Source of the DNA: Tepidiformaceae bacterium
Lineage (GTDB): Bacteria > Chloroflexota > Dehalococcoidia > Tepidiformales > Tepidiformaceae
Length of the DNA stretch: 64,000 nucleotides
Assembly: GCA_039917655.1 (NCBI GenBank)
Contig: JBDSJC010000163.1
Location: forward strand, 768-64,767
Direction of reading: 5' to 3'
Shown: in pieces, positions 59,701 through 64,000 of the stretch
How positions within the stretch are numbered: position 1 is the first letter of the stretch
How the letters are laid out: every line of letters starts with the position of its first letter
Notes under the pieces: generated by a model
What the model was told of the DNA's origin: nothing
The model's database searches: none
Seen by the model: only the letters and a program-made list of their open reading frames with translations
Position numbers and translations under genes: made by a program

Positions 59701-59815
59701 GATGGGGAAGGCTGGCGACCTCTCGAACGCGGGCCAGACCCTGCGAGTTGCCAGGGCGCAACTCGCCGAACTCCTTATGACCCTTGCTTCCTTGACCATC
59801 GAGCGGGCTGCCTGA
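56798..59815 (+). CDS. hybrid sensor histidine kinase (GAF - HisKA - HATPase_c - REC - REC - Hpt)
   Basis: The H-box is SHEIRTPMNGVIGM, and the N/G boxes are NLIGNALKFT and GGTGLGLTIS. The two receivers contain VLMDMQMPGMDG and VMMDCHMPVMDG. The C-terminal Hpt contains AAHNLKGS. Confidence 0.92.
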   Translation: MLHKLAELSVLAMTPPGAVTLEEVLLTCELVCELLEAQDVYIIRAGDPYFIRLGDDGDPRQYEVKQRGYWLAWKELAENMHSPASMFTVSDRLVKDPFPLAVGMPATHIGSILPGDESNSEMLIIRGNYPSGLTQDQVDLTTTVRPLLACLTSSFLDSQRQARLGSQLGALADVAEAFSRADEMDTVLTSLATALAKAAGIDWVTINLVDAGIAQVIERALSFARHSGTETAAQSRTGSSSGHLDLAVIRRMAKTRKPYLVPDVFDQRETLAMDDDLRRYYERAHILSTASFAITFQEKVLGAVRFSSSSKRDFGAPEVEFLKALVSQAANTVAGLQMNRDLRDANAELEQASLTSLELAMEAEASARAKSEFIANTSHEIRTPMNGVIGMTSLLLDTNLDVEQREYVETVRDSADALLTVINDILDFSKLEAGKMTFEVIDFNLRNTIEEVANLLAPAAQKKGVEFTVSTTPPIFHWQLRGDPGRLRQVLTNLIGNALKFTERGEISVSASIVSESASDVMVRLAVADTGIGISKERQAAIFESFTQADGTSTRKYGGTGLGLTISKQIAELMGGSINVESEPGVGSVFSVVVPLARQMTAAAPAPAESNLRGRTVLFVDDNATNRRILREQLTSWGCFPLEAESGADALAILRTVSSVSLVLMDMQMPGMDGQEATERLKQLPGYAGVPVVLLSSAGSLRAEDVTAGGFSAALVKPVRQSALYNTLVEVLQPAGRAPEAPPAVLLPGAPMRLGLRVLLAEDNAINQKVASRMLTRWGCEVDIVADGQSALDALSANRYDLVMMDCHMPVMDGYEATAAIRSREKHTGQHMPIVAMTANALAGDRERCIAAGMDDYVRKPVKPKDLLDALRRWGGMRQAAELANSRWPALAVFDPRQLLEACGGDHELAGEITAEFASTAPAAFDSVASAIAGANFGALAAAAHNLKGSCWAIGAAALGATLQELELMGKAGDLSNAGQTLRVARAQLAELLMTLASLTIERAA

Positions 59816-59948
59816 AATCTGAGTATTCATGCTGGATCTGACTGCCCAGGCCCGCCTGGCGGATCGGATCGCGACCTGCGGCGGCAGCTCCATGAGACGC
59901 CGATGCCAGGGCAACTGGCGGCGCGCCTCACGCCCGCTCCATGGGCGC

Positions 59949-60191
59949 TTACTTCCGGAAGAAAGCGGCGTTGATCTCTTCGTACTCTGCCCACTTCGCA
60001 GGCAGATCGTAGTTCGAGAAGATCGCGTTCACGGGGCAGTACAGCTCACACGCCCGGCAGTCGATGCAGCGCGCCGGGTCAATGTAGAACTGTGGTGAAT
60101 CATCCCTGAATTCGATGCAATTGACGGGGCAAACATCCACGCAAGCGCCATCTTTGACATCGATGCACGGTTCGGCGATGACGTAGGGCAT
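59949..60191 (-). CDS. fdxA: ferredoxin (2x[4Fe-4S]/7Fe-type)
   Basis: MPYVIAEPCIDVKDGACVDVCPVNCI...CIDCRACELYCPVNAI. Confidence 0.88.
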   Translation of the reverse strand: MPYVIAEPCIDVKDGACVDVCPVNCIEFRDDSPQFYIDPARCIDCRACELYCPVNAIFSNYDLPAKWAEYEEINAAFFRK

Positions 60192-60272
60192 GGGCGTATC
60201 CTACTGGATCACAACGAGCCCGACTCGACGCCAGTGCGGGGCGCACTCACGAGACGCCGACGCGTCGGCGTC

Positions 60273-61184
60273 TTACCGTGAACTCGTGATCCCCGGGATA
60301 ACCGTCCAGAAGGGGAACTTGGCGCTCGCTGACGCTGCCGTCACCACGGCCGTGCCACGCGACGCTGGCCCCTGGGCGCCTGACGTGTACGAACTCAACA
60401 TGTGTGAGAGGTGGAGTTCCGTCCCGGGACAGATATAGTTGGAGTCGAACCCGTACGTCTCGTACTGCACCATCTGCACCTGACCGCCACCAAACGCGTA
60501 CTTGTCCGTGCAGCGCTGGACCGCCTGCTCCGGACCCTGCGCCCCAGCGGTCCAGATCGGGACCCTGGGGTTGTACTCAGTGCCCGCGATCAGCCGCCAT
60601 TGGTACGGCGTCCCATAAATCCCGGTCGGCAGGCGCTTCTCTTTCATGTAGTCCACCACGCCACGGACTACCTGCGCGTTTAGTCCCGTCTCGGAAGACC
60701 AGTAGTTGCCGAATTCGACGTCGAGCCACCACATGCCCGGTGTAGCCCCGGCCAGGCGAGCGCGAGCAGCGGCATCGCGGCCAATCCCGTATCCCCAGTT
60801 GTACGCTCGGCACCAGTTGTCCGTTTCGGCGCACACCCCGTAAGGCCCATTCAACGCTTCCACGCGGCCCGACCGAGGGAAATCGACGTTGACGTAGATC
60901 GCCGGGTTTCGGCTCACGCGTTGGGCCCAGCGATACTGCGCCGAGAAGCAGGCGTTGGACGTGTAAGGTCGGCCGTCGTTCAAGCCAATGACCGCGAACG
61001 ACACGGGCCCTGGCGGAAATTGCTGGGCTTCGCACTGCGGCCAAGAAATATCGAAACCTGGGACATGCGCGGCTGCGGCGGAATCATCCGCGCGGGCGGC
61101 CTGGAATCCCAGGATCAGAGCTAAGGTCGCCGCTACGGCGAGTAATGTAATGGTTCTGTAACGCGCTGTCGGGCGTGGTGACAC
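60273..61184 (-). CDS. secreted glycoside-hydrolase-like protein (GH25 / DUF1906-type TIM barrel)
   Basis: It has a signal peptide (ITLLAVAATLALILGFQAARA). GFDISWPQC...FAVIGLNDG and WWLDVE resemble GH25/Rv2525c-like domains. The GTG start and the C-terminal ~50 aa are uncertain. Confidence 0.5.
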   Translation of the reverse strand: MSPRPTARYRTITLLAVAATLALILGFQAARADDSAAAAHVPGFDISWPQCEAQQFPPGPVSFAVIGLNDGRPYTSNACFSAQYRWAQRVSRNPAIYVNVDFPRSGRVEALNGPYGVCAETDNWCRAYNWGYGIGRDAAARARLAGATPGMWWLDVEFGNYWSSETGLNAQVVRGVVDYMKEKRLPTGIYGTPYQWRLIAGTEYNPRVPIWTAGAQGPEQAVQRCTDKYAFGGGQVQMVQYETYGFDSNYICPGTELHLSHMLSSYTSGAQGPASRGTAVVTAASASAKFPFWTVIPGITSSR

Positions 61185-61323
61185 GTATTTGCAATCCCTC
61201 GATGGTACTCCGGAGAACCATAGAGTCGGATCGCCCCTGAAACATCATCGCTGTGTAAAAAGCTGACTTAGCGGTAAGGATTGGGTCAGGAATGGCACCC
61301 TTCCTTACTTTCAGTGCTACTTT

Positions 61324-61719
61324 TTAGCGTTGAACGAGTTGTGTCAGCACCCCGCCCGTGACCGACGGATGGATGAACACCTGGCCCTTCACCGGGTTCC
61401 CCGGCCCAGGGTCGCCCACGAGGCGGATCCCCTTTTCACGGAGCTCTGTCAGGGTCGCGTCGATGTCGTCCACCTTCATCGCAACGAGGTGTACCCCTTC
61501 GCCCTGTTCCGCCAGCCGCTTGGCGATCGGCCCCTGGTCACCGGTCGCGGAGACCAGTTCGATGTAGGAGTCGCCAAATCGAAAGAAAGCCATGGCCATG
61601 CCCGCCGCCGGCGCTTCGCTTCGATCGCTCACAGCAGCGCCGTAAATCGTCTCATAACGCCCGACCGCCCCATCCAGATCCTTCACTGCAATGACCACGT
61701 GGTCCACGCCTTTGAACAT
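61324..61719 (-). CDS. VOC family protein / methylmalonyl-CoA epimerase-like
   Basis: Internal start MFKGVDHVVIAVKDLDGAV..Y (GGAGG RBS). It contains IELVS and GEGVHLVAMKVDDI and ends FIHP...GGVL.QLVQ. Confidence 0.8.
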   Translation of the reverse strand: MFKGVDHVVIAVKDLDGAVGRYETIYGAAVSDRSEAPAAGMAMAFFRFGDSYIELVSATGDQGPIAKRLAEQGEGVHLVAMKVDDIDATLTELREKGIRLVGDPGPGNPVKGQVFIHPSVTGGVLTQLVQR

Positions 61720-61838
61720 GTGAATCCTCCGATACCAAAATCCCGCCCAACGGTACCCGGCTCGGACTGAATCGACAACCTTCTGTTGTCGCCTGCCCAC
61801 AGGCGGCGGCAGCCCGTTGAACCAGCTACCATTGATCC

Positions 61839-62684
61839 ATGAACGCAAGCCGGATTCTCGCAGTCTACGGTCACCCGGATGACGAAGGTCAGGTCACAGG
61901 GACGCTCGCCCACTTCATTGCGAACGGATCTGCTGTCACCCTCGTTTGCGCCACCCGCGGTGAAGTAGGCGAGATTAGTGACCCTGCTCTCGCCACGCAG
62001 GAGACGCTGTGGTACACCCGCGAACTGGAACTGCGCGCTTCGATGGCCCAGATCGGGCTCTCCGACGTGCGATTCCTGCCCTTTCGCGACAGCGGCATGG
62101 TGGGCACGCCGGAGAACGACGACCCCAGCGCTCTCCACCAACAGCCAGCGCCCGTTGTCGTCGAAGCACTCGTCCGGATCATGCGCGATGTACGCCCCCA
62201 GGCGGTGTTCACCTGGGACCCTACTGGCGGCTACGGCCACCCCGACCACATCGCCGTGCACAAACACACCGTCGAGGCGTTCGACGTGAGCGGCAATTCG
62301 GAGGCTTACCCCGGCGCTGGCGAGGCTTGGGCGCCGGAGAAGCTCTACTGGGGGAGCCGGGGGATGAAGCAGTTCGCCTCCATCTTCCTGGAGATGGAAA
62401 AACGCGGCACGCTGGCCGACCCGCTGGACGCTGAGCGTAAGGCCCGGTTCGAAAAGGCGATGCTGGCCCCGGATCCGCCGGTGAGCGTGATCCACGATGT
62501 CTCACAGTACATCCCGGTGAAGCGGCTGGCGGCGAGCATGCACCGTAGTCAATTCGGCGAAAACAGCATGTTCGCGCGCATTCCCGAGGACATGCGCGCC
62601 CGTTTCTACGGGCAGGAGCGCTTCTTTCAGGCCCGCCCCGAATGGCCAGCGGGTACGGAACCGGTCCAGGGGTTCGATTTTTAG
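61839..62684 (+). CDS. PIG-L family deacetylase (LmbE/MshB/BshB-like)
   Basis: It contains ILAVYGHPDDE and a second His/Asp cluster GGYGHPDHIAVH. Confidence 0.85.
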   Translation: MNASRILAVYGHPDDEGQVTGTLAHFIANGSAVTLVCATRGEVGEISDPALATQETLWYTRELELRASMAQIGLSDVRFLPFRDSGMVGTPENDDPSALHQQPAPVVVEALVRIMRDVRPQAVFTWDPTGGYGHPDHIAVHKHTVEAFDVSGNSEAYPGAGEAWAPEKLYWGSRGMKQFASIFLEMEKRGTLADPLDAERKARFEKAMLAPDPPVSVIHDVSQYIPVKRLAASMHRSQFGENSMFARIPEDMRARFYGQERFFQARPEWPAGTEPVQGFDF

Positions 62685-62800
62685 GCGGCCCCGTTTTTCC
62701 TGAGCCGCGCAAGTCGCTGGCCACTCCCCCACCGCGCAGGTATTCTTCGCAGGCGCGGTGGCTGCGGCTCGGCGTCCCCTACTAGCGAAAGAGTGTGTAC

Positions 62801-64000
62801 ATGGACTACGGAACCCTCCGGGTGACTACCCCCGATGGGCAGGTGCGCGAGTTTCCGATCGACGTGCCGTCGGCGATCATTGGCCGGGCTGATGGCAACC
62901 GCGTGGTCATCGACCATGTCTCCGTTTCCCGCCGCCACGCGAGCCTCACAATTGAGAACGGCCTGGTCATGCTCGAGGACCTGGGGTCGGCCTCGGGCTC
63001 TTTCGTTGGCAGTCAGCGCCTGCCGGTGAACACCCCAATGATCGTGGAAAACGGCCAATCGCTGCGCTTCGGAGACGTTGAGGCCACGTTCATCGTTGGC
63101 ACGCTGACTGCCCCGGAACCGGTGGCCGTCGGCGGTTCCACGGGCAGCATCTCCATGGGCGGGTCAATTTCTTCTCCCCAGGCTTCGGAACCGGCCCAGA
63201 CCATCGCCGTGAGCCTCGCTTCGCCGGGCGCTGCCATCGCCGCTGGCTCGCCGACCACCGCAACAGTTTCGATCCAAAACCGCGGAAACGTCGTCGATGA
63301 GTTGACCATCAGCGTGCTCGACCTGCCAGCGGCGTGGGTGAAAGTCAGCCGTCCGAGTCTCTCGCTCGTGCCCAACGCCCGAGACGAGGTGACGATCGTC
63401 ATCCAGCCGCCGCGCACGGCCGAGGCCACCGCAAAGGAGTACGCGTTCTCTGTTGCCGTGGTCTCTCGTGAAACATCGCGGGAGGTTCGGGCACTTGGCA
63501 AGGTCACCGTCCTGCCATTCGAAGGCTTCAAGATCACGCTCGATCCGGTGCGTGCGACGCGCGACTTCAAAGTGACTGCGGAGAACAGCGGAAACGTGCC
63601 GATCTCCTTCGCCCTTGTTGGCGTGCAGGATGCCAACGCGCTCGACTTTCAGTTCGAGGAAGACCAGGTCACCCTGGAACCCGGCCAACGCAAAGACGTG
63701 CGCGTCCAGGTGGTGGCCAAGAGCAAGAAGATGCTGGGTGATGCGCAGATCACACCGTTCCGAATCGAAGCCCGTCCCAAGTCCTCTTCCGTGCAGAAGG
63801 TGGCGGCGGACGGCCAGCTGCGCGTCCAGCCCCCGCTTCAACGTTGGAAGTGGCCGGTGATCGCGATCATCGCTGTTGGTGTGCTGGGCGGGATCGCCTA
63901 TGGCCTGCTGTCCCGCGGCGGTGGCGATTCCAAGGCCGCGGACCCGGCCACGCCCACCGCAGCGCCTACCTCGGCTGCCGCGCCGACCACGGCCCCCGTC
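62801..64000 (+). CDS. FHA domain-containing membrane protein with CARDB/NPCBM-like repeats, 3'-truncated by window edge
   Basis: This ORF is not in the ORF track because there is no stop before the window end. My own translation is MDYGTLRVTTPDGQVREFPIDVPSAIIGRADGNRVVIDHVSVSRRHASLTIENGLVMLEDLGSASGSFVGSQRL, a canonical FHA domain. Two beta-sandwich-like repeats follow (VSIQNRGNVVDEL..., VTAENSGNVPISF...). Then come a TM (WPVIAIIAVGVLGGIAYGLL) and a Pro/Ala/Thr tail. Confidence 0.85.
   Translation, partial: MDYGTLRVTTPDGQVREFPIDVPSAIIGRADGNRVVIDHVSVSRRHASLTIENGLVMLEDLGSASGSFVGSQRLPVNTPMIVENGQSLRFGDVEATFIVGTLTAPEPVAVGGSTGSISMGGSISSPQASEPAQTIAVSLASPGAAIAAGSPTTATVSIQNRGNVVDELTISVLDLPAAWVKVSRPSLSLVPNARDEVTIVIQPPRTAEATAKEYAFSVAVVSRETSREVRALGKVTVLPFEGFKITLDPVRATRDFKVTAENSGNVPISFALVGVQDANALDFQFEEDQVTLEPGQRKDVRVQVVAKSKKMLGDAQITPFRIEARPKSSSVQKVAADGQLRVQPPLQRWKWPVIAIIAVGVLGGIAYGLLSRGGGDSKAADPATPTAAPTSAAAPTTAPV

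Noticed and set aside
1-64000. A search for CRISPR arrays, transposases/integrases, tRNA/rRNA genes and known defence systems (RM, CBASS, retron, Gabija-like ATPases).
   Set aside because: None was found by eye. No regularly spaced repeats were seen, and there are no DDE or tyrosine-recombinase signatures. The only accessory-type elements are the Phd/PIN pair and the GNAT remnant.

Overview
This is a GC-rich (roughly 63-66% by eye), gene-dense bacterial chromosomal window. I found no rRNA, tRNA, CRISPR array, transposase or integrase. The gene content suggests a monoderm Chloroflexota/Actinomycetota-like organism: many DinB-fold proteins, a PAC2 protein, a bacterial translin, a membrane H+-pyrophosphatase, an LPXTG sorting signal, a Cheo-type SOS box and FHA/CARDB-like proteins. 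That lineage call is inference only.

Layout:
- 1-4.4 kb: a CoA-transferase gene convergent with a tightly coupled MaoC / acyl-CoA dehydrogenase / MaoC / PrpD-family operon.
- 4.7-20 kb: housekeeping and accessory genes. These include an orphan hypothetical, PAC2, DinB-fold, panE, an SOS-boxed dinB, rnhB-yraN, an FmdB zinc ribbon, translin, an IPMDH-family dehydrogenase, hppA, a Phd/PIN toxin-antitoxin pair, and a GNAT gene with a GNAT remnant.
- 20.2-22.4 kb: a regulatory island. It holds a promoter, a c-di-AMP (ydaO-class) riboswitch, a small zinc-ribbon ORF, an ABM-like ORF and an orphan NarL/LuxR response regulator.
- 22.6-40.7 kb: one ~18 kb, 24-gene, almost gap-free flagellar operon. The order is flbD-motAB-fliL-fliN/Y-fliOPQR-flhBAF-PilZ-TM-fliA-TM/HTH-LPXTG protein-two rod genes-flgMNKL.
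- 40.8-64 kb: an ECF sigma/anti-sigma pair, DUF2795, an orphan nuoB, an ABC-2 exporter, an EVE protein, ribD, an SDR, a HicB-like/DinB fusion, an ADH, a peroxiredoxin, an OpgC-esterase fusion, an LpqC-like esterase, a GAF-PAS-GGDEF-EAL protein, a hybrid histidine kinase, a ferredoxin, a GH25/DUF1906-like protein, a VOC/epimerase, a PIG-L deacetylase and a 3'-truncated FHA protein.

Most interesting observations:
- A sortase-type LPXTG protein with an RskA-like ectodomain is translationally coupled inside the flagellar operon.
- A c-di-AMP riboswitch fronts an uncharacterised zinc-ribbon ORF just upstream of the orphan regulator and the flagellar operon.
- The FlhF homologue has degenerate GTPase motifs and is followed by a PilZ protein instead of FlhG.

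All family assignments come from motif recognition by eye. No database search was run.
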